Shown here: positions 12,441-24,339 of the stretch, one piece after another
Layout of the letters: each line of letters begins with the position of its first letter
How positions within the stretch are numbered: the stretch's first letter is position 1
Assembly: GCA_013265495.1 (NCBI GenBank)
Contig: MU057887.1
Coordinates: 4,243,668-4,307,667, forward strand
Direction of reading: 5' to 3'
From: Vicugna vicugna
Lineage: Eukaryota
DNA: 64,000 bases
Made by a program: the position numbers and the translations under genes
The notes under the pieces: model-generated
Database searches by the model: none
Told to the model about the DNA's origin: nothing
The model's input: the letters and a program-made list of their open reading frames with translations, nothing else

Positions 12441-13329
12441 ATTTTAATCTTCCTTCTCTCTCTCTTACTGAATTGCAGCCACTAGGGTTACAGCAGTGAC
12501 CTCCTGGCAGCTTCTCCCAGTCCAGTGCCCGTGGGTCTCTCAGATAGAGCCTCTCAAGGCTTCTCTTTCACAAAGCAGTCCCTCTCCTGAGCATCAGCTC
12601 TCTCTCTGTCAGAGGCGTGGCTCCACTGGCCACAGTCCTGCTGCCCCTCTGTCTGTAGTCACTGTATCACTCCTGCTTAGGAGAGTTCCCTCACTTCTAT
12701 CTCCCTTACTCCCACCTCTGCTCACCACCAGGGCCTCCCAATGGTACCTGCTTTTTCCACTGCTGGTGGTTCTGAGTTGAGCCCTTGCTCAGTCTTGGGT
12801 GGAAAGGCCTACTCCAGCCACCCCTAGCAGTTCTGTCTCCACTACTAGGGTAGGGGAGTGGGGACAGCCCCTGCTGTGCTGGGCCCTCTCCATGTCCCAG
12901 GGCTTGCACAGATGTTGGCCCCAACCCAGGTAGTCAGAATTTGGGTCTTTTTACAGAGCCCCCACTGGTGGGGCTCTCCCCTCCCCGATATGGGAAAGGA
13001 TACCTCTCCCCAATCTCCATAGGACCCCTCCTGTGCAGCACAGGGCTGGCCTTCCAGGGATGAGCCCAGACTGGGAGCCTTTCTCAGATCCCCTGCTCTG
13101 AGCTCCACGTGTCACTTCTCGCTCTCCAACCCCAGCGCCCACATCCACCCTGACCCTGTCCTCTCACAGATTTCTAATACTGCGAATTTCTAATAAGCCT
13201 TTGTGTCTGGGACCTTGGCTGCTCTGGGGTGGAGCCGGGACAGGGCCGGCCTCTGTGGAGGGCAGGCACCGGAGTCCAGAGGGACCTCCTCAAAGGCCCT
13301 GGCCCCCAGCCACCTGGCCAGGCTCACCG

Positions 13330-14220
13330 GGGTCCCTCTGTCCGCAGGAGAGGATGAGAAGCTGGCATCCCTGCTGGAGGGGCGCTTCCCGAGGAGTACG
13401 TCGATGCAGGATACGGTCCGCGAGGGCCGCGGCATCCCGCCGCCGCCCCAGACCGCGCCGCCGCCCCCGCCCACTCCCTACTACTTCGACTCCGGGCCGC
13501 CTCCCGCCTTCTCACCGCCGCCTCCGCCTGGCCGCGCCTACGACACCGTGCGCTCCAGCTTCAAACCCGGCCTGGAGGCGCGCCTGGGTGCGGGACCCAC
13601 AGGCCTGTACGAGTCCGGCGCGCCCCTGGGTCCGCTGCCCTACCCCGAGCGGCAGAAGCGCGCGCGTTCCATGATCATCCTGCAGGACTCGGCGCCCGAG
13701 GCGGGCGACGTACCCCGGCCCCCGCCAGCAGCCACCCCGCCAGAGCGCCCCAAGCGCCGGCCGCGGCCGACGGGCCCCGACAGCCCCTACGCCAACCTGG
13801 GCGCCTTCAGCGCTAGCCTCTTCGCGCCATCCAAACCTCAGCGCCGCAAAAGCCCGCTGGTGAAGCAGCTGCAGGTGGAGGATGCACAGGAGCGCGCGGC
13901 CCTGGCGGTGGGCAGCCCTGGCCCGGTAGGCGGCAGCTTCGCCCGCGAGCCCTCCCCGACGCACCGTGGGCCTCGGCCCAGCGGCCTCGACTACGGCCCC
14001 GGGGACGGCCCCGGGATCGCGTTCGGCGGCCCAGGCCCGGGCAAGGACCGCCGGCTGGAGGAGCGGCGGCGCTCCACCGTGTTCCTGTCCGTGGGAGCCA
14101 TTGAGGGTAGCCCTCCTAGCGCGGACCTGCCCTCCCTGCAGCCGTCCCGCTCCATCGACGAGCGCCTTCTGGGGCCCGGCGCCGCCACCACCACCACTGG
14201 CCGCGACCTGCTGCTGCCCT
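13330..14220. promoter_or_regulatory. Intragenic CpG island over the 5' part of the large SHANK3 exon
   Basis: Visibly dense CpG and very high GC compared with the flanking introns; boundaries estimated by eye. Confidence 0.7.
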
Positions 14221-15607
14221 CCCCTGTCTCTGCTCTGAAGCCATTGGCCAGTGGCCCGAGCCTTGGGCCTTCGGGCTCCACCTTCATCCACCCACTCACT
14301 GGTAAACCCTTGGATCCCAGCTCACCCCTGGCCCTTGCCCTGGCTGCCCGCGAGCGGGCTCTGGCCTCCCAGGCACCCTCCCGGTCCCCAACACCTGTGC
14401 ACAGCCCTGACGCTGACCGCCCTGGGCCCTTGTTCGTGGATGTGCAGGCCCGTGACTCTGAGCGAGGGCCTCTGGCCTCCCCAGCCTTCTCCCCGAGGAG
14501 CCCAGCCTGGGTTCCTGTGCCCGCTCGCAGGGAGCCGGAGAAAGCTCCCCGGGAGGAGCGGAAGTCACCAGAGGACAAGAAGTCCATGATCCTCAGCGTC
14601 CTGGACACGTCCCTGCAGCGGCCAGCCGGCCTCATTGTCGTGCATGCCACCAGCAATGGGCAGGAGCCCAGCGGGCTGGGGGCCGAAGAGGAGCGCCCAG
14701 GCACCCCAGAGCTGGCCCCAGCCCCCACGCAGTCAGCAGTGGTGGCAGAGCCTCTGCCTAGTCCCCGGGCCCAGCCCCCTGGCAGCACCCCGTCTGATCC
14801 CGGGCCAGGCCAGGGCAGCTCAGAGGAGGAGCCAGAGCTGGTATTCGCTGTGAATCTTCCGCCGGCCCAGCTGTCCTCCAGTGATGAGGAGACCAGAGAA
14901 GAGCTGGCCCGCATTGGACTTGTGCCACCCCCTGAAGAGTTTGCCAATGGGGTCCTGCTGGCCACCCCACTCCCCGGCCCAGGTCCCTCGCCCACCACGA
15001 TGCCAGGCCCGGCCTCAGGGAAGCCCAGCAGTGAGCCGCCCCCTGCCCCGGAGTCTGCAGCAGACTCGGGGGTGGAGGAGGCTGACACTCGCAGCTCCAG
15101 CGACCCCCACCTGGAGACCACGAGCACTATCTCCACGGTGTCCAGCATGTCTACCCTAAGCTCGGAGAGCGGGGAACTCACCGACACCCACACCTCCTTC
15201 GCCGACGGACATACTTTTCTACTCGAGAAGCCACCAGTGCCTCCCAAGCCCAAGCTCAAGTCCCCGCTGGGGAAGGGGCCGGTGACCTTCAGGGACCCGC
15301 TGCTGAAGCAGTCCTCCGACAGTGAGCTCATGGCCCAGCAGCACCATGCCGCCTCTGCTGGGTTGGCCTCTGCTGCCGGGCCTGCTCGCCCTCGCTACCT
15401 CTTCCAGAGAAGGTCCAAGCTGTGGGGGGACCCTGTGGAGAGCCGGGGGCTCCCTGGGACCGAAGACGACAAACCAACTGTGATCAGTGAGCTCAGCTCC
15501 CGCCTGCAGCAGCTGAACAAAGATACCCGCTCCCTGGGGGAGGAGCCAGTTGGCGGCCTGGGCGGCCTGCTGGACCCTGCCAAGAAGTCGCCCATCGCGG
15601 CAGCTCG
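13348..15607 (+). CDS. SHANK3: SHANK3 large proline-rich exon (about exon 21), 2260 nt
   Basis: ctctgtccgcag|GA GAG GAT GAG AAG (GEDEKLASLLEGRFPRSTSMQD). Contains Homer ligand LVPPPEEFAN and cortactin ligand KPPVPPKP. Ends KKSPIAAAR at CG|gtgag; part of the 802-aa ORF. Confidence 0.98.
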
Positions 15608-18049
15608 GTGAGCATGGCAGTGTGGGGAGGGTTCTGTCCCATGTCCATGCCTGCCCCCCCGTTCTTCCTCCTGTCCATCTACCTCTCCCTCCGTTCCCCC
15701 TCCACGGCCCATTCTCTCCCATCCCTCACCTGTTTGTGGCACCCTCCCTGTGCTCCTGTCCGCCTCTCTGTTCTTTATCCAGCCTTGCTTTGTCTGAGAC
15801 AGAAGGCTCTTTCAGGGATCTGAAATTTCAGGGATGCTGTTCTCTCATTCCTATTGGTGCTGGGAGTGAGAGCTGGGCACCCATCAGAGACCCAGGCTGG
15901 GCCTGAGCACCCCCACAGCCCTCCGGGAGGTGTCCTGCCCCTGGGGTCCCTGCAGACTCTCACCCTCACTCCTGACCATAGCTGCCTCTACCATTAAGGG
16001 TTGTTCTGTGGTCCACTCTGAAGTTGCAGGCCACCTACGTCCCAGCTATTTGACTTCTCTGTGGCTCTGTGCACCCCCCCCCATACATCCTCCCTGTGAC
16101 CATGTGGCTGTCACATGTGGCTGGTGCCGTCTTTCCTGTAGCTGCCTCACTTCCTTTTGAGACTGAGAGTACACTGGATCCTTCTCCTTTTAGGACCCAG
16201 CACCAATTTCCTATTTTCTGCCCCAGAAACATTTCTGTCTCTCAGCACCACCTCAGAGTCCTTCAAACACGGACTCCTGTGTATGATTTTCAGAGTGCAT
16301 TAAGAAGCCATTCTTAGAGGGAAATCAGACCATTTCTCTGCACCTCCATCTGCTCTCTCTTCTTCCTACCTCATCCATTCCTCTGTCCTCCCCTCCTACC
16401 TCCTACCCAAGGTGGGGACTTGAAGAGGCCACATTGTGCCTGGAAATGGGGGAAACACTGGCTTGGGGCAGGGGACAGCAGGGGCTGAGGTGCTGCTCTG
16501 GCTAGGCAGAAGCTCCCAGAGCCTCAGGGCTCACCCCTTAAAGACCCATTCCCATGGCCTCACCCCCAAAGTGGACCCCCTTGGGCCTGTGGGCTCTGTG
16601 GACGCAGGTGGGAGAGTGGTTCCTGCCCACAAGTGCTGTCTGAGGCAGAGCTGGTCGTCCCCAGGCCGGTCCTTGTCCACCTTGCCTTCTGTGCCCTGAA
16701 GGCCCTTCTCCACTTCGAGCTTTTTGGGTAGCATGTGGTAGCCACTTCCTGGCTCCTCCTTCTGGCTACCTTGAAGACCAGCCTGGTGAGCCTTTCCTGT
16801 CAACCCTGGAAGGCAGAGTTCTCAAAGCAGGGAGGGATTCAGGTCTTACTCACAGGGCTTATCTGATCTACTTTGTTGCAGCTAAGAACTCAAATGATAA
16901 GTGGGGGCTTGGGAAGCTAATGGTGCCTCTCCTCAGCGGCCCAGGAGTGCCGCCCTCCAGCTCCTGTCTTCCCAGGCTTGCTCTGGGCCTTTCCCCCCTT
17001 TTTGCCTCTTCCAACTGACAGCTGAATGTGAAAGCGCTCTTCCCAGCAGGGCAATGTTTAAGGTGACCTTAGAGTGGGTGTTAGGGGTGAGGCCAGGGAG
17101 TCCCGTTGGGATGAGCAGCCCGGTCCTAGGCCTCTGAGGACTAGACCCCTGATGGTGAGGGTCCCTGACGTGGCCTGGACCAGCCCCCATCTTTGCTCTC
17201 TGCTTCTCCTCCCTCTGCCAGCCCTTCCATTCTTCTGTGCCCCTTGGTCCTGATGAAAATTAAAGCAATTTAAAGTGGGTAGCACAGTGCCTGGCACAGC
17301 GCAGGCCCTCAATAAAACATTCACTAAACGCGTGAAGGATGAAGCTAAATGCAAGTGCTGTCTTTTGTGATGTGAGGTCTAGGGAGGTGGCTTAGAAAAA
17401 ACACCACAGAGGGACAGACACTTGGCTGAGTTTTGCTGGTTTTCAAGCCTCACTGTGGAGCTCAGGGGAACCCAGGTCTTGTCCTTGGCTCTGCTGGCTC
17501 CCACGGGGCAGCTGGGCAGTCACAGGTCAAGAGATGGGGGCCACTCAGCTGGACCTTTCACCACCCCCCCCCCCAAGGTCATCCTCAGCGTTTCCCCTTT
17601 GTCACGGCAAGGCTCTCTTGTCCAGTGGCTCTGGGTTGTGCCAGGACCTGCGTTTGTTTCCTTTCCTGGATGTGTTGTGGGGGAGGGGCAAGTCCAGCAG
17701 TTCAAGCCTTTCCGTCCATCTGTTCTGTGGGCCCACCGGAGAGTGAGCCTCTTTCATTTAGGAGCCCCTGCAAATTTCCAGCTGGCTTCATGTGGATCCC
17801 TGCTTCCCCTGCAACAGCCACTGGGGTCAAGGAGATGTAGGGCTGCCACTGGCCAGGCCTGAGTCATGTGCTCTCCTAGGAGCCGGGGCATGGGGTCAGC
17901 TCCGTTACTAGACAGGTGCTGAGAGTGAGGGGAGTCTTCCACAGGAAGATCAGATGTTGTCACCAGAGGGAGCAGGTGCCAGAGAGCTTAAAGCAAGAGA
18001 CAACCCTTGTGACATGGTACTCACTGTGTCACAACTTGCTTTGTTTCCT

Positions 18050-18410
18050 GGCATCGGCTTGGGGTCAGATGGCCCTGGATTTCAACCTCCAGCAGTGGAT
18101 AAACCACTTAACCTCTGTGAACGTCACTCCCTCCCCTGTGAAATGGCGAGGGTGACACACAGCACCACCTGGGAAGCACCAGGCACTGAGCCAGGCAGGT
18201 AGGTGAACACTCAGAGTCCTCACAAGAAGATGAGTGCTGTGCACTAGAGGGCGTCAAGTCATATGATTTCATCCTCACAACCATTCTGTTAGATGGACAA
18301 TAATATAATCTTCATTATCCAGACAATAAACTTGAGGCTCTGAAGAGATGCCGTGTGTCCAGTAAGTGGTGGCCTCTAACCTCAAGCCCCACTCTCTGAC
18401 CACTGTAACC
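18050..18410. mobile_element. Two MIR fragments in opposite orientation
   Basis: ccacttaacctctgtgaacgtcactccctcccctgtgaaatgg (antisense) and tcatcctcacaacc...cattatccagacaataaacttgaggctc (sense). Confidence 0.6.
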
Positions 18411-21400
18411 CGGAGTCGTGAGACCCCTTCTGGTGACAGACACTGGATTTACGTGCAGGAATTCTCCTCACACAGAAATGCACGTTTTCGTCCTGCCGAC
18501 CGACCTCTGTATTTATCAGTCAGATGTGTAACAAACAGCACGTGTTCTGGAGTCACTTGCACTTGAGCCCGGCCAGTGCCGCCTGACAGGCCCGGCCACG
18601 TGAATTCACCCGCCTGCCCTGCCCTTCCTTTCCCACTTCCCTCCGCGTGCCCTTCTGCTCCTGGTCACAGCTCCTTCCTCCCTCCCTCTTACGCTCACCT
18701 TCTTGCCCTCAGACCTCTGGAGCTGGGCCGCCTGCCTGCACTGGACCCTTTACTTCTGACCACTGGCAGGCAGCTGAGCAGGAGATGCAATGGCCACACC
18801 CAGTGGTTTGCCCATGTGGCCGGCAGTGTCTGTGCTACCCATCCGAGCCACCACTGGTGGCTAGAGTCTGGCATTCATGTCTCTCGTAGGGATAAAACTG
18901 CTTGTGAAACTGTCTTTTAGAGAAATGGCCAAAGTGTGGGAAGTTCTGATGTCCAGGTGGGGCTATTTCCTTTCCAAGACCAGTTCTAGCAGAAGCCCCA
19001 GGACAATTGCCACAGCCACCCAGTAGGTCACATCCCTGATCCTTGCCCCCTGGCCCCTCATGTGTTCCCTCCCAGGCCCACCCGTCTCTTTACCCGATGG
19101 ACACCACAAGAAAGGAAGGGCCCTCTCTACCCACCTTCCCCACTGACGGCTCAGTCTAGGCTCCGGGGCCCTTTAGCCACAAGACACTCTGTGGCCTGAG
19201 ATCTTTCTGGGGGAGCTTACCCCTTAATGTCGTGGGCTTGAAGCTTGGTAACTTGCAGAAATGCCCCAGGGCCATCTTTGATTTCTGGGTGGAAGCACCC
19301 CAGCGTGTGTCTCTGGAAGGCCCGTGGCCTTTGGCTTTTTGGAACATTGATCTCAGACCATCCATCTACTCTATCCCTTTAGCTTTGAGTCTAGCCTGGT
19401 CAACAGAGCCCCACCACTGTCTCTGAGCTCCCTTTGTCTTCCAGACTCCATGGTTGGATCTGAGTCCCACATGTGGTCCGAGGACCGCGGCTCTGTGAGC
19501 CCCATGGCAATACTCAGTTTTGCTGTGGCTCCCGGTTTTATACCTATCTGACCCTCACATCTGATCTTACGGAAAATATTTCCTGGTGAAATAGCTTTGG
19601 AAACACAAAGTTAAAGAGGTTCCTCCCCTGCAGTACTTCTCAAAACCTTTGATGGCCAGTGTGCCGTGGTCTCAGACGGCTTCTTTAGTAGATCACTAAT
19701 GAGAGTCTCACAGAAGACACACTTTCTTCTGATGGTGGAGAAACCCTGCCCTGGGGTCCTCCTGTGAGCCTCTTGCTGCTGGTATGTCTGACGGATCTGG
19801 AAGGAGCCCTGCGTGACTGCAGGTGCTTCAGGCCAGCTAGGCTTGTTCTTCTGAGACCGGACTGACGCCTGTTGTGTGCCGGCCAGTGCAGGGGCGCAGG
19901 GGCCAGGGTGTGCTCTGTCCTTACAGGTCACTCAGGGTTGAGGACATGTGAGGTGTGTTCACAGGAGATGTGGTCAGAGCTTCAGGAGCTCTGAACTCTG
20001 CTGGGGAAGCAGGAAGGGGTCCCAGAGGAGGGACGACATGGAGGCACTTGGAGTGCATCAAGATCGGAGCCATGAGCTGGTGTGGGCAGTGAGAAGTTGG
20101 AGGGCTGGAATAGGACACCAAGACCAAAGAGAAGGCACCAGGACACAGACAAGCCCACGTCAGTTTGTGCTCTGGTTGGCGACTGTTTCCGTAGTCAGGC
20201 TCCCAAATCGCAAAAGGCCACAGGCCTTGACCTGCCCCATGTGAGCACAGCGGCAGGAGGTTCAAGGCAGCGGCTGGGGCCGGAGTGGGCTTTTTCTTGC
20301 CTCTTGGTACCAATGAGCTGACAGGCAGTGAAGTCTGAGAGAGACACGTCACCTTACTTTTGTTTCATGACATTTTTTCAGTGCCTGTTGTGTTCCTGGC
20401 TTTGAGCTCGGTCCCAAGAGTCTAGGAGAACAATTAGGAAGTGACATGAAAGGTCTACATCTAGAGAAAGCCAGGGGATGAGGAGGGGGCCTGGATTAGT
20501 GCTGGGAGGGGGTGACTTGTCAGCTGTGGGGATGAAAAGATGGAGCAGCTGATGGTGGCTCCCAGGCCCCAGTGTGGGAAGGACTCAGGGAGGGAGAACA
20601 TGTTTGGAGACCCCAATAGAAGTCTGGAGCTCAGGAGAGACTGGCTGGGCCTCACAGAGGGCATTTGTGGGCACATCTATCACAACAAAGGGACATGGCC
20701 TGGGAGAAAGTGCAAACTAAGGGGACCCCATCCAGGAAGGAAGGGAAGCAGATGGACAGGCCAAAAAGGGGGTCCTGCTGGCGGCCTTGGCAACCACAGT
20801 GGGTGGGGCGAGGGGCTCCTAACCTCGCTGGCTGAGGGCCCACGAGGAAGCAAGATTCAGACATTGGTGGAAAAGGTGCCGGGGGCCGTGGAGCCTTGCT
20901 GAGCCATCTGGAAAAAGGCTGCAAAGGCGTTCAAGGGTGATGGTGCCTGGTGAGGTACCATGTGTTAGAGGGTGGGTGGCCCAGAGGCCCTTTGGGAGGC
21001 TGCCAGTTGTTGTGACGTGGCCACACCATGGTTGGAGCCTGGCTGGGGAGGTAGTCAGACAGCTGAGAACAGTGACGGACAGTGATGGGTGTGCAGAGGT
21101 GGTGTGGAAACGTGGATCTTGACCATGGACACTGCTGGGGTTCCTGGCCTGGGTACGATGTGGATAGTTCCCTGTTCACCAAGAGGAAGGGGAGGAGGAG
21201 CAGATACCTGGGCCATGGGCACCCCTGGCCACTCCCTGCTGTGCCCTGGGGCCGTGGTAGGGCACAGCCATCATTAGGTCTTCGAGGCTGCCTGCCATCT
21301 CCAGTGTGCTTTGGGCAGTGCTGGGAGTGTGACTGGCCCCTTCTCCTGCACTCCCAGCCCAGTGGACCATGGCCCTTCAGTCCCTCACTCAGCCTCTCCT

Positions 21401-22690
21401 GGCACCAGCCCTTGCCTCTGGCGGGTGCCCACCTCCCCACACCCAGCATTACCCCTTGGAAGGGTCTCCCTGGGTGCTTCTGGAGCCAGCCTGCCCTCAT
21501 TCCTGGGTTTCCAGTTCACCCTGGGCTGGGCAGGAGGGCTCCAGTCCCTGCTCCAGGAGACCCTTGGGGCAGGGCCAAGCAAGACTCCGTCCTGTGATGC
21601 AGGTCCCCAGGCCAGGGTCATTGCATGAGGGCCCTGCAGGGGGAGCGCTATACTGGGCCTAGTCCCACAAGCACCATTCCCTTGGCGACTTCCCCAGCAT
21701 TGCCCCCTCTCCCTCTTCCTAGCAGTCACTACCACCTGGGCACCCACCACCCCTTTGGCATCCTCTCCCACCCCTCTGCTGCTGCCCCATTTTGCCCTGA
21801 AGCCCCGGTGGTACAATGGACGCCAGATGTGGTGGGAGCAGGGAGGGTTTCTTCTGATGATTGGTGCCTGTTCCTTGAGCCCACCAACCCAGGTGTCCTG
21901 ATGCCCCTTTCTGCAGGGGTGGGAGAAACATGGTCTGGCCTGTTCAAGAGGCCAGGGCAGACACAGCCTTGGGAGCAGTTGGGAGTGGCAGTAGGGACAG
22001 AGGCTGAGGATAGGGAGCCAGTGGAAGGCAATGGAAACCAGGTCGTGTAGGAGGGACAGAGCTGGATCTCCGGGGAGAGGCCGACCTTGCACAGGTGAGA
22101 GAGGAAAAAAACAAAACCTACTTTCAGGGGAGGAAGGAGGCTCAGGATGCCCCGTGCCATGTGGGACAGGCACCAGTCAGGATAGCACAGAGGTGGGTGG
22201 GGGAACCCAGGGGAGGGGTCCTGAGCCCAGATGAGGCAGGGGCAGGGAGAGGGAGGTGAGATGACAGCCAGAGAGAGGCCCATCAGACAGCAGTAACATA
22301 AGGGGACACAAAGCATCACCAGGTGCCAGGTGTCTGCTGTGCACTTGCCACACAGTGTTCCGAGTAAAGCTTGTGAATGGGGTCCACCGGGGTCTGCGCT
22401 TCACAAACCAGAGAACAGATCACAGGCACACCGGGAGCCCACCGGGCCTGCCCAGGTCTGGCCTGCACTGCCCCTCCCCCAGCAGCTCCAGATTTGTTCC
22501 CTCCCATTGCAACTGGGCCCACTGCCTCTGAGTTCTTCCCTTCCTGGGTATCTGGCAAGGGGATCCCTGCACCTGGCTGCCCTTACTGTGGCCGTGACTG
22601 TGGGCCATGTGCCTGCTTTGAGGGCCTGGGCCGCTAACACTCTCTCTCATTGCTCTCTCCTGCCCATCTGCATGTGGCTGCTCTGTCTAG

Positions 22691-22718
22691 CTGCGCGGTG
22701 GTCCCGAGCGCCGGCTGT
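22691..22718 (+). CDS. SHANK3: SHANK3 alternative 28-nt microexon between the proline-rich and SAM exons, (R)CAVVPSAGC
   Basis: Branch-like gctaac at 22633, pyrimidine tract, ctctgtctag|ctgcgcggtggtcccgagcgccggctgt|gtaagt (consensus donor). The CAVVPSAG peptide matches my recollection of a rodent Shank3 splice insert. Confidence 0.75.
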
Positions 22719-23747
22719 GTAAGTGAGCATGCCCATCCCATGCCTCTCACTGTCCATGTGCTGCACCTGCCCGCCTGGATCTCTGCTCTGCCTGGCTTCG
22801 TGGGGCTTTGGCGCCACTGACAGCCCCCTGAGGCTCCCTTTGACCACAACAGGGGATAGGGAAAGAAATGGGGTGGGGGTGGGGTGCCACATGGGAGTGG
22901 GTTTTCTCCGGAGGAGGTCCCCAGGTAGGCCTCCCAACTGTGGCTGTGCTGGGGAGGGGCTGAAGGCCTGGGGTCCTATCAGGTGATGTTGGGAAGTGAG
23001 GAACCGCCCGTGGGTGTGTGTGCGTGTGCGCACATGTGCTGCTGTATCACTGTCATCAGCAGGCCACTGCCACTCTTGCCACAGCTGCTGCATGCATGTA
23101 ACATGTGTGGGTGCTACTGCTGTTGTGTGCTGTCCTGTGTAGGGAGGCCTAGTGTCATGGGCGTGCTGCTGCCTCACGCCTGTCCTGCACGTGCCACTGC
23201 TCTGTGTGGGTGTGAACACTGCCTGGTGTCTGTCCCAGACCTCACAACTTGTTCAGTCTTGTGCTGCTGCCAGTCTTTATCACGACTCAGCCAGTCCTGC
23301 ACCAGCCCAGGTCTCTCTGGGTCCTCTCATGAGAACAGAGCTTTATGTGGGGAGTTGTGAGGGCATCGCGGGAGTTGTACCCTCCAGGGTACAGGTGGAT
23401 GGAACAGTGCCCAGAGCCGGTGTCCGAGGCTGTCAGAGATGAGGCAGCCGACCCTTTGCCCCAGAGGCTGCCTTCCCTCTTGGAGCCCCCGTGGGGTGGA
23501 GGGGGCCACCCGTTTTCCTACTTACATTCCATTCAGTCTAGGGGGCCCCCTCCCCCAGCAAGGCACTGGCTCTGAGTCTAGGGGCCAGGCCGGGGTAGCC
23601 ATAGGATCCTACCCTTCTTTCTTCCTCTAGTCCAAAGGCTACCCTCACCGTCCCAGCGTCCTCCTGGCCACTGGCCCTGCTCCCCTCTGCCTGCCCCCAC
23701 CTCGCCTGATGCCCCTCACCTGGCCTTGACCCCCTCTCCCTCCGCAG

Positions 23748-24339
23748 GCTCTTCAGCAGCCTCGGTGAGCTGAGCTCCATCTCAGCGCAGCGCAGCCCAG
23801 GGGGCCCGGGCGGCGGGGCCTCCTACCCGGTGAGGCCCGGCGGCCGCTACCCGGTGGCGCGGCGCGCCCCGAGCCCAGTGAAGCCCGCGTCGCTGGAGCG
23901 GGTGGAGGGGCTGGGGGCGGGCGCGGGGGGCGCGGGGCGGCCCTTCGGCCTCACGCCTCCCACCATCCTCAAGTCGTCCAGCCTCTCCATCCCGCACGAG
24001 CCGAAGGAGGTGCGCTTTGTGGTGCGCAGCGTGAGCGCGCGCAGCCGCTCGCCCTCGCCTTCGCCGCTGCCCTCGCCAGCGCCTGGCCCCGGCCCCGGGG
24101 CCCCCGGCCCGCGCCGGCCCTTCCAGCAAAAGCCCCTGCAACTCTGGAGCAAGTTCGACGTGGGCGACTGGCTGGAGAGCATCCACTTGGGCGAGCACCG
24201 CGACCGATTCGAGGACCACGAGATTGAGGGCGCGCATCTGCCGGCGCTCACCAAGGACGACTTCGTGGAGCTGGGCGTCACGCGCGTGGGCCACCGCATG
24301 AACATCGAGCGCGCGCTCAGGCAGCTGGACGGCAGCTGA
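23748..24339 (+). CDS. SHANK3: SHANK3 terminal coding exon with SAM domain
   Basis: ctccctccgcag|G CTC TTC (RLFSSLGELSSISAQR...); SAM WSKFDVGDWLESIHLGEHRDRFEDHEIEGAHLPALTKDDFVELGVTRVGHRMNIERALRQLDGS*; CpG-rich. Confidence 0.98.

Noticed and set aside
13203..13347. N-terminal extension of the 802-aa ORF
   Set aside because: Starts at a TTG in intronic sequence upstream of a clear acceptor; no SHANK3 similarity.
13512..15331. Long antisense ORFs (259 aa and 446 aa)
   Set aside because: Shadows of the GC-rich SHANK3 coding exon; no independent domain or gene structure.
20931..22319. Several 140-260 aa ORFs in the last SHANK3 intron as separate genes
   Set aside because: Expected in GC-rich DNA; no recognisable domains and mostly non-ATG starts.
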